A stretch of DNA of 64,000 nt from Ramlibacter sp. (GCA_035571795.1 DATNBX010000113.1:23055-87054), one strand, 5' to 3'; numbered from the stretch's first letter, positions 18,336 to 29,218 are shown. Notes: generated by a model from the sequence alone, not told the origin. Numbers and translations are program-made.

Positions 18336-20093
18336 GTGGCTGACCGAATGGGGAGCTGCGACGCCGGCGCTCCCATTTGCCGCAGCAGTCCGGTGAGCGG
18401 TGCGCGTTTCTTCCTCGCAAGATTGACAGGCGCCGCGGGCACGCCGCCGGTTCGGTCGATGTTGTGCCTGCTGTGCCTGCTGCTGCCGTGGCTCAATCCG
18501 CGCGCCGGCGGCCCTTCAACTTCGGTCGAGCCATGGCTGGTCAGCGCCGCTTGCGCGGCGCTTGCCTTCGGGATGCAAAGACCGGCGGCACTGCGCTTGG
18601 CGGTCGGCCTGGGCTTGAGCGCCCTGTGCGGCTGGGACCTGGCCCGCAGCGGTCTGTCTCCCGAAGCCCTGGCGCTGACGGCAGCCTGCCTGCTGATGTA
18701 CATGGCAGGCTGCGTCGCGGCTGGCGGCCACGATGATCGGCAAGAACTCGTGCGAGTGATCGCCTTGTCCTGGCTGCTCGGCGCCGCGATCAGCACCGGC
18801 ATGGCCTTGGCTCAGTACTTCGGTGTTGCCGGAGGCGCGCCGGATTGGATCAACGCCTCGGCCGCCGGTGAGGCGTATGCCAATTTGCGCCAACGCAACC
18901 AGTTCGCCTCGCTCACCGTGATCGGGATGGCATCGCTGTTCTGGCTCGCCCCGCGATGGCCCTCGGGCCGCCCCGCGTTGGTGCCCATGGTGGCGATGGC
19001 GTGGCTTGCGGTTGGCAATGCCGCAACCACCTCACGAACCGGCCTGCTCCAAGTGCTGCTGTTGGGCCTGCTGGCTTTCGGCTGGGGTGGCGCGCGCCGT
19101 CAGCGCATGGCGCTGTGGTTCGCGGCACTGCTTGCGTACGCTCTGGCGGCCTTGATCCTGCCGTGGCTGCTTGCAAAGGCCACCGGCGTTGCGGGACACC
19201 ACCTGTGGGAGCGCGCAGCGGCGATCGACGCGTGCAGCAGCCGCACAGTCTTGTGGTCGAACGTGCTGCACCTGATTGGGCAAGAGCCCTGGCTGGGCTG
19301 GGGCTGGGGCAATCTCGACTATGCCCATTACATGACGCTGTACGAGGGGCCGCGATTTTGCGACATCCTGGACAACGCGCACAACTTGCCGCTGCATTTG
19401 GCGGTCGAACTGGGAGTTCCCGCCGCGCTGTTGATTTGCTCTGGCGTGTTGTGGGCGGCCGCTCGAGCCAGACCCTGGACTGAGGCTGAGCCGGCCCGCC
19501 AGATGGCCTGGGCGGTGCTTGTAGTCATCGCCGTCCACAGCCTGCTCGAATATCCCCTCTGGTACGGCCCGTTCCAGATCGCATTCGGACTGTGTCTGGG
19601 CCTGCTCTGGCCGGCCGGGTCGCGCTCGGCGAAAGCGCTGCCGGCAGCTTGGGCGCCCGCCGCGTCCATGGCACTCATGGCAACCGCGGCCGCTGTCTGT
19701 GCCTATGCTGCCTGGGATTACCGGCGCGTCAGCCAGATCTATTTGCCGCCGGAAGCGCGCGCCGCGGGATACGAGGATCCCCTGCCGAAAATCCGCAAGT
19801 CCTGGCTCTTTCGCAACCAGGCCGCCTTTGCCGAACTGACGATCACACCCGTCACACACGCCAACGCGCAGTGGACTTTCGACACCGCGGCCGCCATGCT
19901 GCACTATTCGCCCGAACCGCGGGTGATCGAAAAGCTGATCGACAGCGCGGTCATTCTGAAGCGGTATGACGAGGCGCTGTTGCACGTCGCCCGTTATCGC
20001 GCGGCGTTCCCCGAGGCTTATGCAAAATGGTCAGAGAGCCATTCGGTGCCGGCCCAGGCCGGATCGGCGGCGAAGGCTCAGCCCGCCACGTAG
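18336..20093 (+). CDS. PglL-type O-oligosaccharyltransferase (Wzy_C + PglL_A/Wzy_C_2 domains)
   Basis: [44 protein letters not shown] and [13 protein letters not shown] motifs. Start codon uncertain (18336/18393/18459). Confidence 0.85.
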   Translation: MADRMGSCDAGAPICRSSPVSGARFFLARLTGAAGTPPVRSMLCLLCLLLPWLNPRAGGPSTSVEPWLVSAACAALAFGMQRPAALRLAVGLGLSALCGWDLARSGLSPEALALTAACLLMYMAGCVAAGGHDDRQELVRVIALSWLLGAAISTGMALAQYFGVAGGAPDWINASAAGEAYANLRQRNQFASLTVIGMASLFWLAPRWPSGRPALVPMVAMAWLAVGNAATTSRTGLLQVLLLGLLAFGWGGARRQRMALWFAALLAYALAALILPWLLAKATGVAGHHLWERAAAIDACSSRTVLWSNVLHLIGQEPWLGWGWGNLDYAHYMTLYEGPRFCDILDNAHNLPLHLAVELGVPAALLICSGVLWAAARARPWTEAEPARQMAWAVLVVIAVHSLLEYPLWYGPFQIAFGLCLGLLWPAGSRSAKALPAAWAPAASMALMATAAAVCAYAAWDYRRVSQIYLPPEARAAGYEDPLPKIRKSWLFRNQAAFAELTITPVTHANAQWTFDTAAAMLHYSPEPRVIEKLIDSAVILKRYDEALLHVARYRAAFPEAYAKWSESHSVPAQAGSAAKAQPAT

Positions 20094-20566
20094 TGCCCGG
20101 ACTTGCCGCCCTGCTTTTCCAGCAGGCGCACATCGGTGATCACCATGCCGCGGTCCACCGCCTTGCACATGTCGTAGATGGTGAGAAGCGCCACCTGAAC
20201 GGCGGTGAGGGCTTCCATCTCCACTCCGGTGGGTCCCACCGTTTCGGTCGTGGCTGTACAAGCGATGGCTGGCCGCGCGCCGGCAGCCGGCTTCTCAACC
20301 GCGAAATCGATCGCCACCCTGGTAAGCGCCAGCGGATGGCACAGGGGAATCAGATCGCTGGTTTTCTTGGCGGCCTGAATGCCGGCGATGCGGGCGATGC
20401 CAAGAACGTCGCCCTTCTTTGCCGTCCCTGACTCGATGATCGCCAGCGTGGCGGGAAGCATCTCGATACGGCCGCAGGCGACCGCTACCCGCCGGGTGTC
20501 GGCCTTGCCGCCAACGTCCACCATATGGGCCTGGCCTTGTGCATCGAAGTGTGTCAGAGAACTCAT
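20078..20566 (-). CDS. moaC: Cyclic pyranopterin monophosphate synthase MoaC
   Basis: [30 protein letters not shown] and YDMCKAVD motifs. Only the 3' part of the 673-aa track ORF is the real gene. Confidence 0.95.
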   Translation of the reverse strand: MSSLTHFDAQGQAHMVDVGGKADTRRVAVACGRIEMLPATLAIIESGTAKKGDVLGIARIAGIQAAKKTSDLIPLCHPLALTRVAIDFAVEKPAAGARPAIACTATTETVGPTGVEMEALTAVQVALLTIYDMCKAVDRGMVITDVRLLEKQGGKSGHYVAG

Positions 20567-20632
20567 GGTGCGAGAAAGCGCCAGAAAAGAACCATTTACG
20601 CCCGCTTCATGTTCTTCTAGCATCATACGGCC

Positions 20633-22174
20633 ATGATGAATTGGAAAGAGCGCAGCGGCCCGGGCCGCGGCGCACGCGTCACGAAGCGATGGCCGGCGGC
20701 GGCGTTGCTGGCATTGGCTTGCGCGCTGCCGGCGTCGCGGCTGGCGCAAGCCCAGTTGCCCACCTTGGGCGACACCAGCGAGATGATCTCGAGCGAGGAG
20801 CGCAAACTTGGCGAACGCGTGGCGCGCGAGCTGTACCGCGATCCCGACTACATCGACGACCTCATCCTGGACGAGTACATCCATGACATCTGGCAGCGGC
20901 TGCTGGATGCCGCGCGCGCGCGCGGAGAACTGACCGCGGAACTCGATGACCGCTTTGCCTGGCAGGTGCTGCTGGGCAAGGACCGCATCATCAATGCGTT
21001 CGCTCTGCCGGGCGGCTGGCTCGGCCTGCAGCTGGGGCTCATCAATGTCACCATCACGCGCGACGAGTTGGCGTCGGTGCTGGCCCACGAACTCAGTCAC
21101 GTGACCCAGCGACATATCTCGCGTCTGATGACCCAGCAGAACCGTCAGGCTCCCTGGATGATCGGGGCCATGATCCTGGGCGCGCTGGCCGCCGGCAAGA
21201 ACCCGGAAGCCGGCAGTGCCATGATGGCCGGCGGGCAGGCGCTGGCGATGCAGAACCAGCTCAATTTTTCGCGCGACATGGAGCGCGAGGCCGATCGCGT
21301 CGGCTTTGGCGTGATGACCCAGGCCGGCTACGAGCCGCAGGGTTTCGTGACGATGTTCGAAAAGCTCCAGCAGGCGGCACGCCTGAACGACAACGGCGCC
21401 TTTCCTTACCTGCGCACCCACCCAATGACGACCGAGCGCATGGCCGACATGCAGTCGCGCCAGCAACTGGCCGGCCGGCCGGCTGCCGCGGCGCCCGATC
21501 TGGTGCACGCGATGATGGTCGCACGCTCGCGGGTCCTGTCCAATCCGGGTGCCGACGGACTGCACAGTTATGCCCGCGAGGCCGAGGGCGCGCAATTGAC
21601 CGCAGCCCCCCGGGCCCGGCAAGCGGGCACTTTGTATGCGGCCGCCTTGGCGAGCTCCAAGCTGCGCGAGCCGGCGGCTGCCGCCCGGCTGGCCGGCAAG
21701 CTGGCTGCCCTGACCGCAGGCGACGAGCGCGCGGCACGCCAGGCACGCTTGCTGGAGGCCGAGGTGGCGCTCGCCGCGGGCAACGCCGGGCCAGCAGCGG
21801 CGCTCAACGCGGCTTCCGGTAGCCGCCCCGAAGTGATGCTCTGGTCGCAGGCGCGTGTGAACAGCGGTCACGCGGGCGATGCGGCGCAGCGGTTGCAAAC
21901 CTGGGTGACACTGCATCCGCGCGACGCCCAGGCCTGGCAGCTGCTGGGAGCCGCCCATGCAGCCCAGGGACAGGCAATGCGAGCGATCCGCGATGACGCG
22001 GAAGCCCAGGTGGCGCACCTGGACTACCAGGCTGCGATGGACCGCTTCAAGGCGGCGCAGGAGCTGGCCCGCAAGGCCAGTGCCGGTGGCGCCGACCACA
22101 TCGAGGCGTCGATCATCGATACCCGTGCCAGGCAGGTGGAGTCACTTCTTCGCGAACAGGCTCTCGAGCGCTGA
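20633..22174 (+). CDS. M48 family metalloprotease (BepA/YfgC-like)
   Basis: Signal peptide, [14 protein letters not shown] (HExxH), EREADRVG and LRTHP motifs. Confidence 0.92.
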   Translation: MMNWKERSGPGRGARVTKRWPAAALLALACALPASRLAQAQLPTLGDTSEMISSEERKLGERVARELYRDPDYIDDLILDEYIHDIWQRLLDAARARGELTAELDDRFAWQVLLGKDRIINAFALPGGWLGLQLGLINVTITRDELASVLAHELSHVTQRHISRLMTQQNRQAPWMIGAMILGALAAGKNPEAGSAMMAGGQALAMQNQLNFSRDMEREADRVGFGVMTQAGYEPQGFVTMFEKLQQAARLNDNGAFPYLRTHPMTTERMADMQSRQQLAGRPAAAAPDLVHAMMVARSRVLSNPGADGLHSYAREAEGAQLTAAPRARQAGTLYAAALASSKLREPAAAARLAGKLAALTAGDERAARQARLLEAEVALAAGNAGPAAALNAASGSRPEVMLWSQARVNSGHAGDAAQRLQTWVTLHPRDAQAWQLLGAAHAAQGQAMRAIRDDAEAQVAHLDYQAAMDRFKAAQELARKASAGGADHIEASIIDTRARQVESLLREQALER

Positions 22175-22498
22175 CTCGATGACCATCCCCAGCAGCGAGT
22201 AGATCACCGACCCGATCAGGGCGGCGACGAAGTCGCGCACATGGAAGCCGGACAGCACTTCGGCAGCGGCCCAGAACATCAGCGCGTTGATGACGAAAAG
22301 GAAAAGTCCCAGTGTCACGACCGTGACCGGGAGCGTGAAGAGCACCAGGATCGGCCGCACCACCGCGTTCAGCAGCCCGATCAGGAAGGCGGCGATCAGA
22401 GCGGCGGAGAAACTCTTGACTTCGACGCCGCTGTAGATGAAGGCGACGAAAAGCAAAGCGGCCGCGCTGAGCAGCCATTTCACGAGGAGCTTGATCAT
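22142..22498 (-). CDS. Phage-holin-family (YvlD-like) 4-TM membrane protein
   Basis: MIKLLVKWLLSAAALL...LLNAVVRPIL...LPVTVVTLGLFLFVINA; C-terminal part of track ORF 22142..23227. Confidence 0.85.
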   Translation of the reverse strand: MIKLLVKWLLSAAALLFVAFIYSGVEVKSFSAALIAAFLIGLLNAVVRPILVLFTLPVTVVTLGLFLFVINALMFWAAAEVLSGFHVRDFVAALIGSVIYSLLGMVIESALESLFAKK

Positions 22499-22548
22499 GG
22501 GCGGCAAGGATACACCGGCGGCACCCCTGCCCACGCCGCCGCCGCGCA

Positions 22549-23250
22549 TCACGGATCGGCTCCGGAGCGTCCCGCCGGCATGCCGACGGCCCTGCGGCGC
22601 GTGGCCCACCCGCCCCAAGCGAGGACGCCGGCCACCGTAGCGACATACGTGATCCAACGCGCGGCCGTGTGATCGAACAATGGATCCAGCAGGGGCTCGC
22701 CGACGATCATGCGCGCCGCCGTGAAGGCCAGCACCGCCGCGCCCGCGTGGACGATCAGGGGGAACCGCTCCACCATCTTCAGCACCAGCGTGCTGCCGAA
22801 GACCACGATGGGCACGCTCACCAGCAGACCGATGACAACCAGGTCGAAGGCCCCATGCGCCGCGCCGGCGATGCCCAGCACGTTGTCGATCCCCATCAAT
22901 GCATCGGCGACGACGATCGTCTTCATGGCGCCCCAGAAAGTGGTGGCGACCGTGCCCTCGTGGCCGGTCCCGGCCTTGTCGGTCAGCAGCCTGTAGGCGA
23001 TCCAGACCAGCCCTAATCCGCCCGCCAGCATCAGGCCGGGAATTCTGAGCAGCCACACCACGCCGACCGTCATCGCCGCGCGTACGACGATGGCGCCAAG
23101 AGTGCCCCAGACGATGGCTCTTCGTTTCAGCCGCTGGGGCAGGCTGCGAGCCGCCAATGCGATGACGATCGCATTGTCCCCCGCCAGCACGAGATCGATA
23201 AGAACGATGGCCAGCAGCGCCGACCACCAGCCGGCAGACAAGAACTCCAT
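22549..23250 (-). CDS. TerC family (YjbE/Alx-like) membrane protein, probably Mn2+ homeostasis
   Basis: IDLVLAGDNAIVIALA and ADALMGIDNVLGIAGAA motifs; GGAG RBS; upstream yybP-ykoY element. Confidence 0.92.
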   Translation of the reverse strand: MEFLSAGWWSALLAIVLIDLVLAGDNAIVIALAARSLPQRLKRRAIVWGTLGAIVVRAAMTVGVVWLLRIPGLMLAGGLGLVWIAYRLLTDKAGTGHEGTVATTFWGAMKTIVVADALMGIDNVLGIAGAAHGAFDLVVIGLLVSVPIVVFGSTLVLKMVERFPLIVHAGAAVLAFTAARMIVGEPLLDPLFDHTAARWITYVATVAGVLAWGGWATRRRAVGMPAGRSGADP

Positions 23251-23363
23251 TGCAGCACTCCGGGTTGAGTTGATCAACAACCCGATGCAGGTCCGCCCAG
23301 GAAGCGAGTTGGGATTGCGCGAATCACGACAGCACGCTTCGACCGGACCTGGATCAGGTTTCC

Positions 23364-23525
23364 TGTCGAAGGTCTTGCTCGGCATGGATTCATGCAGACA
23401 TGTGCCCGGCAAACCGGAAGCTGTGTGCTTCGTCTTGACGATTTGCCGATACCTGCTGCGAGAAGACCCCGGGAATTTCCAGGCCCTATCTTTGCTGCAA
23501 CAGGCGGGAGCTACTCCCCTTCGCC
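23364..23525 (-). ncRNA. yybP-ykoY (Mn2+-sensing) riboswitch
   Basis: Minus strand reads CGAAGGGGAGUAGC...AUCGUCAAGACG...GAGCAAGACCUUCG, with P1 CGAAGG/CCUUCG, directly upstream of the TerC gene. Confidence 0.9.
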
Positions 23526-23625
23526 CGCTGATTAGAGCACGGGCCCGCTCCTGGTGCGACGGGGGGCACTATCATCCCCAGCAGTTGCGCGCCGTTACGC
23601 CGCGCGCCGAGAAAAGGGAAACCCG

Positions 23626-23928
23626 ATGCTGCGGCTGACCCAGGCACCCAATATCGCGATCGCCGCGCTCTGGATCGACGCGCTGCGCCAGGCCGGCATT
23701 GAGGCGGCTATGCAGCGCTACTACCTGGGCGCGGCGGCGGGAGAGCTGCCGCCGGATCAATGCCTGCCCGAAGTCTGGCTGGTCCATGACGAACAGGAAA
23801 AAGAAGCGCGCGCTTTCCTGCGCGACCTGCAACAGGCGCCGCAGCGGCGCTGGTTGTGCCAGTGTGGCGAGCTGGTGGAAGGCGGATTCGAGCAGTGCTG
23901 GAGCTGCGGCCGTCTGATGCCGCGCTAG
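23626..23928 (+). CDS. DUF2007-like protein with C-terminal Zn-ribbon
   Basis: LRQAGIEA...GELPP...PEVW and WLCQCGE...FEQCWSCG motifs; AAGGGA RBS. Confidence 0.8.
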   Translation: MLRLTQAPNIAIAALWIDALRQAGIEAAMQRYYLGAAAGELPPDQCLPEVWLVHDEQEKEARAFLRDLQQAPQRRWLCQCGELVEGGFEQCWSCGRLMPR

Positions 23929-23988
23929 GGAGGCTCTGAATAAGTGCTGCCACGCGCGCGGCATGACTTGTTCAGAGCCTCCCTGGCC

Positions 23989-24549
23989 TTATTTCCAGCG
24001 CAGCGGTTCGAGGTCGATGCTGCGGCTACCGTCGCTGAGCGTCAGCGTTTGTTCGTGCAGCGTGGCTTGCAATTGCATGCTGCGCTGGGCCAGCGCAGCC
24101 AGCGCCTGCGATGCTGTGGCCGGAATCCGCAGCACGCTGAGGTTCTGCAGGCGCGACAGCTTGCCTTCGATGCCGCGCCACCACACTTCGGCCGCGTGGT
24201 GGAAGCAATAGACGCTGACGCTGTCGGCCCGGGCGCAGGCCTTGGCCAGCGGCTTTTCCTCGGGCTGTCCCACCTCGACCCACAGGCGCGTCCGGCCGGT
24301 GAAGTCGCGCAACCACACATCGGGGTCATCCGGATTCGAAAGCCCGGCGCCGAATGCCAGCGTCGCGTCACCGCCGCACTCGGTCTGCACCAAGTGCGCA
24401 TTGAGCGCGAGCGCGGCCAGGCGGATCATCATCCGTTCATCGGTTTCACTCGGATGCCGGGCCAGCGTCAACGTGTGGTCTGCGTAATACCCGTGATCGA
24501 TGTCGGCGATGGCAAGGCTCGCCCTGAAGATGGTGGACTTGAGGGCCAT
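23989..24549 (-). CDS. yaeQ: YaeQ family protein
   Basis: MALKSTIF...LARHPSETDERMMIRL and WVEVGQP motifs. Confidence 0.93.
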   Translation of the reverse strand: MALKSTIFRASLAIADIDHGYYADHTLTLARHPSETDERMMIRLAALALNAHLVQTECGGDATLAFGAGLSNPDDPDVWLRDFTGRTRLWVEVGQPEEKPLAKACARADSVSVYCFHHAAEVWWRGIEGKLSRLQNLSVLRIPATASQALAALAQRSMQLQATLHEQTLTLSDGSRSIDLEPLRWK

Positions 24550-24562
24550 CAGGCTGCAGGCA

Positions 24563-26089
<1,527 letters not shown>

Positions 26090-26140
26090 CTAAAATGAAT
26101 CAACCGCGACAACTCGAACGTTTGCCAGAGAAAGCCCTTG

Positions 26141-26755
26141 ATGAAACTGATCGGATCGACTACCAGCCCCTATGTGCGCAAAGTGCGCATCGTCATGGCC
26201 GAAAAGAAGCTGGACTACGAATTCGTGTCCGAGGACGTGTGGGCTGCCGAGACCACGATCGGCCAGTCGAATCCGCTGGGCAAGGTCCCCTGCCTGGTCA
26301 TGGAAGGCGGCGAGGCGCTGTTCGATTCGCGCGTCATCGTGGAATATCTGGACACGTTGTCGCCGGTGGGCAAGCTCATTCCGGCGGTGGGCCGCGAACG
26401 GGCCGAGGTCAAGACCTGGGAGGCGCTGGCCGATGGCGTGATGGACGCCGCGATCCTGGCGCGGCTGGAATCCAATTGGCCCGGCCGCGCCAAGACGCAG
26501 CGCTGCCAGCCCTGGATCGACCGGCAGTTGTCGAAGGTAGATGCCAGCGTGAAGGCCATGAGCCAGGGAGTGGGCGAGAAACCGTTTTGCGCGGGCATCT
26601 ACCTCAGCCTGGCCGATATCGCGGTGGGCTGCGCGCTGGGTTACCTGGATTTTCGTTTCCCCGACATCGACTGGCGTGGCGACTATCCCAACCTGGTCAG
26701 GCTGCAAGAGAAACTGATGCAGCGCACCAGCTTCATCGACAGCCGGCCGGAGTAG
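26141..26755 (+). CDS. Glutathione S-transferase
   Basis: SPYVRKVRI, NPLGKVPCL, FDSRVIVEYLD and SLADIA motifs. Confidence 0.93.
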   Translation: MKLIGSTTSPYVRKVRIVMAEKKLDYEFVSEDVWAAETTIGQSNPLGKVPCLVMEGGEALFDSRVIVEYLDTLSPVGKLIPAVGRERAEVKTWEALADGVMDAAILARLESNWPGRAKTQRCQPWIDRQLSKVDASVKAMSQGVGEKPFCAGIYLSLADIAVGCALGYLDFRFPDIDWRGDYPNLVRLQEKLMQRTSFIDSRPE

Positions 26756-26860
26756 CCTCGCACCACGTTTGGTTTGCTCCCGCAGGGGGCACCGGCCGCG
26801 GGTCCTTTTCCCGGCGGGGGCACTGGCCGCCTCGGAACAGCGTGCAGGGCGGCCCTCAAT

Positions 26861-26887
26861 GAAAAGTCCGGCCTTGCCGGACTTTTC
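26861..26887. terminator. Bidirectional intrinsic terminator
   Basis: GAAAAGTCCGGC-CTT-GCCGGACTTTTC, a perfect 12-bp stem whose ends are A/T tracts. Confidence 0.75.
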
Positions 26888-26901
26888 TCATCTGATCAAA
26901 C

Positions 26902-26933
26902 CATTCTGAAAACGCAGCAGCGTTTTCAGAATG
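26902..26933. repeat. Perfect 14-bp inverted repeat
   Basis: CATTCTGAAAACGC-AGCA-GCGTTTTCAGAATG. Confidence 0.85.
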
Positions 26934-26935
26934 AA

Positions 26936-27050
26936 TAAATAAAAATGCCGCGAAGCGCCCCGGAACGAAGGAGGGAGGGAGGGAGGAGGAGAAGAGTCGC
27001 TCCAGGATTGCAACCGGGCTAACTGCTCCCGGAAGGCTTCGCAGCAATAA
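26936..27050 (-). ncRNA. Candidate small RNA with C/U-rich anti-Shine-Dalgarno loop
   Basis: Closing stem UGCUGCGAAGC/GCUUCGCGGCA followed by UUUUUAUUU. Two internal hairpins, one with loop UCUCCUCCUCCCUCCCUCCCUCC. Confidence 0.6.
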
Positions 27051-27179
27051 CTATGTTCTTGACGAGTCTGCCTCGTGCCTGGATAGAGTGCGGCGCAAGC
27101 GGCCGGTTCCAATGCCGGTGCTCGCCGCGAGGTAAATTTTTGTGAACCTCGTCCGGTGGCGGGCCGGGTCCTCGCCGCC

Positions 27180-27749
27180 TTACTTCTGCGCGAGCTGCCT
27201 GTCGATGTCCTTGAGCAGCTTCGCGTCGTCCGGCGCGGTGAAGCTGGTGTAGTTCGCGACCACCCTGCCGTCACGTGCATTCAGATACTTGTGGAAGTTC
27301 CACAGCGGCTGGCGGCCGGTGGCCTGGGCAAGCTGGCGGAACAGGTCATTGGCGTCGGCCCCGCGCACGGCGCTCTTCGCAAACATCGGAAACTTCACGC
27401 CATAGGTGTTCTCGCAGAAATCGGCGATCTGCCGGTTGCCGCCGCTCTCCTGGGCGAAATCATTCGAGGGAAAGCCCAACACCACGAGGCCCCGCTCCTT
27501 GTACTTTGAATAAAGCGCTTCCAGGCCCTGGTATTGAGGCGTGAAGTGGCAATAACTGGCGGTGTTGACGACCAGCAGGACCTTGCCGCTGTACTGGCAC
27601 AGCGATTGCGGTCTTTCATCCTGGAGGCGCGGGAAGACGTGATTCAGCGTTGCCGGGCACGCGGGTGCATCGGCGGCGTGGCTCGGGGCCGCGCCGAGCC
27701 ACGCCGCCAGCATCAGAATGAAACCAACGAGACGCAAAGTCTTCAGCAT
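27180..27749 (-). CDS. Glutathione peroxidase family protein with signal peptide
   Basis: VNTASYCHFTPQY, LGFPSNDF and WNFHKYL motifs; N-terminal signal ending APSHA. Confidence 0.92.
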   Translation of the reverse strand: MLKTLRLVGFILMLAAWLGAAPSHAADAPACPATLNHVFPRLQDERPQSLCQYSGKVLLVVNTASYCHFTPQYQGLEALYSKYKERGLVVLGFPSNDFAQESGGNRQIADFCENTYGVKFPMFAKSAVRGADANDLFRQLAQATGRQPLWNFHKYLNARDGRVVANYTSFTAPDDAKLLKDIDRQLAQK

Positions 27750-27850
27750 GAGGTCACCTGTTCGGCATTTCGTGTCAGTGTGGAAGGCCCGCCGGAGTGG
27801 CATTGTTGACACCTACCCCGCCTAGAATGTGGCAGTCAAGAAAGACCGTC

Positions 27851-28723
27851 ATGCTCTACCCCGAACTGTTCAAGCAACTCGAGTCCGTCCGCTGGGACAT
27901 GGACAAGGACATCCCCTGGGCGCAGTTCGAGCCGGCCAAACTGTCCGATGAGCAGGCGCAGACGATCAAGATGAACGCTATCACGGAATGGTCGGCCTTG
28001 CCGGCGACCGAAATGTTCCTGCGCGACAACCGGGACGACAGCGACTTCTCCGCGTTCATGTCGATCTGGTTTTTCGAAGAGCAAAAGCATTCGCTGGTGC
28101 TGATGGAGTACCTGAAGCGCTTCCGCCCGGAGCTGGTGCCGACCGAGCAGGAACTGCATGATGTGCGCTTCGAATTCGAGCCTGCGCCGGCCCTGGAAAC
28201 CTTGATGCTGCATTTTTGCGGCGAGATCCGGCTCAACCATTGGTACCGCCGCGCCAGCGAGTGGCATACCGAGCCGGTCATCAAGCACATCTATACGACG
28301 CTGTCGCAAGACGAGGCCCGCCACGGCGGAGCGTACCTGCGCTACATGAAGCGCGCGATCAACAATTTCGGCAACGAAGCCAAGGCGGCGTTCAGCAAGG
28401 TCGGTGTGCTCATGGCCAGCGCGCGCCGCACGGCCCAGGCGCTCCATCCGACCAACCTGCACGTTAACAAGAGCCTGTTCCCGCGCGACACCGTCCAATC
28501 GCGCCTGCCGAATCCGCAGTGGCTCGAGCACTGGCTGGACCGGCAGATCGATTTCGACGCGGTCTGGGAAGGCAAGGTGGTGGAGCGGATACTGCACAAC
28601 ATGAGCCTGCTGATGGACCGCAGCTTCAAGACCGTGCAGGAACTGAACCGCTACCGCAAGGAAGTGGCCGCCTCTCTTATCCAGGGCGGGGCGCCGACAG
28701 GCCCGGCGCCCAGCGCGGCGTGA
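27851..28723 (+). CDS. Ferritin-like diiron protein (acyl-ACP desaturase/AurF-like fold)
   Basis: Diiron ligand pattern ITEW...EEQKH...CGE...DEARH. Confidence 0.85.
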   Translation: MLYPELFKQLESVRWDMDKDIPWAQFEPAKLSDEQAQTIKMNAITEWSALPATEMFLRDNRDDSDFSAFMSIWFFEEQKHSLVLMEYLKRFRPELVPTEQELHDVRFEFEPAPALETLMLHFCGEIRLNHWYRRASEWHTEPVIKHIYTTLSQDEARHGGAYLRYMKRAINNFGNEAKAAFSKVGVLMASARRTAQALHPTNLHVNKSLFPRDTVQSRLPNPQWLEHWLDRQIDFDAVWEGKVVERILHNMSLLMDRSFKTVQELNRYRKEVAASLIQGGAPTGPAPSAA

Positions 28724-29217
28724 CGGAATCTGTGCCCGCCCCAGCCTTCGCCGACAAGATCGTCGCGCGCAGCGACGCCGCGGTTCGCGTCGCGGCCCTG
28801 CCGCGACCTGTCGTCTTTACCAATGGCGTGTTCGATGTCCTGCACCGGGGCCACGTCGTCTATCTGGCGCAGGCGCGCGAACTGGGCGCGAGCCTGGTGG
28901 TGGCGCTCAATACCGATGCCTCGGCCCGCCGCCTGGGCAAGGGTGCGGATCGGCCGCTGAACAATGAGCAGGACCGGGGCACCGTCATCGCCGCGCTGGC
29001 CTGTGTCAGCCTGGTGACCTGGTTCGACGAGGACACGCCGCTGCAACTGGTCGCCGAGCTCAAGCCACAGGTGCTCGCCAAGGGGGGCGACTATGACATG
29101 AGCAAGCTGGCCGAAGCCGCGCTGGTCGAGGGCTATGGCGGCAAGGCGCTGGCCATTCCTTTCGTGCCGGGGTATTCGACCACCGAACTGGTGCGTCGCA
29201 TCCGCCAGCAAAGCTGA
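28720..29217 (+). CDS. rfaE2: D-glycero-beta-D-manno-heptose 1-phosphate adenylyltransferase (RfaE domain II)
   Basis: FTNGVFDVLHRGH, KGADRPLN, KGGDY and GYSTT motifs. GTGA overlap with the upstream gene. Confidence 0.92.
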   Translation: MTESVPAPAFADKIVARSDAAVRVAALPRPVVFTNGVFDVLHRGHVVYLAQARELGASLVVALNTDASARRLGKGADRPLNNEQDRGTVIAALACVSLVTWFDEDTPLQLVAELKPQVLAKGGDYDMSKLAEAALVEGYGGKALAIPFVPGYSTTELVRRIRQQS

Positions 29218-29218
29218 A

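Noticed and set aside
20567-22099. Apparent 510-aa N-terminal extension of MoaC (673-aa ORF)
   Set aside because: Antisense to the M48 protease. MoaC homology begins at MSSLTHFD (20566), so this is not a real fusion.
22142-22498. Holin-family gene as evidence of a prophage
   Set aside because: No endolysin, structural or integrase genes nearby. This family is commonly chromosomal.
22549-23250. TerC as part of a tellurite-resistance or anti-phage ter operon
   Set aside because: Stand-alone gene under a yybP-ykoY riboswitch; no other ter genes.
26888-27280. 130-aa - strand ORF across the GST-GPx gap
   Set aside because: Overlaps GPx out of frame, is low-complexity and runs through hairpins. 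The region is better explained as a structured RNA.
27180-27749. Selenocysteine in the glutathione peroxidase
   Set aside because: The active-site codon is TGC (Cys), with no in-frame TGA.
27806-27828. TTGACA...TAGAAT sigma70 promoter for the ferritin-like gene
   Set aside because: The spacer is only 11 bp. The -10 may be real but this -35 pairing is not credible.
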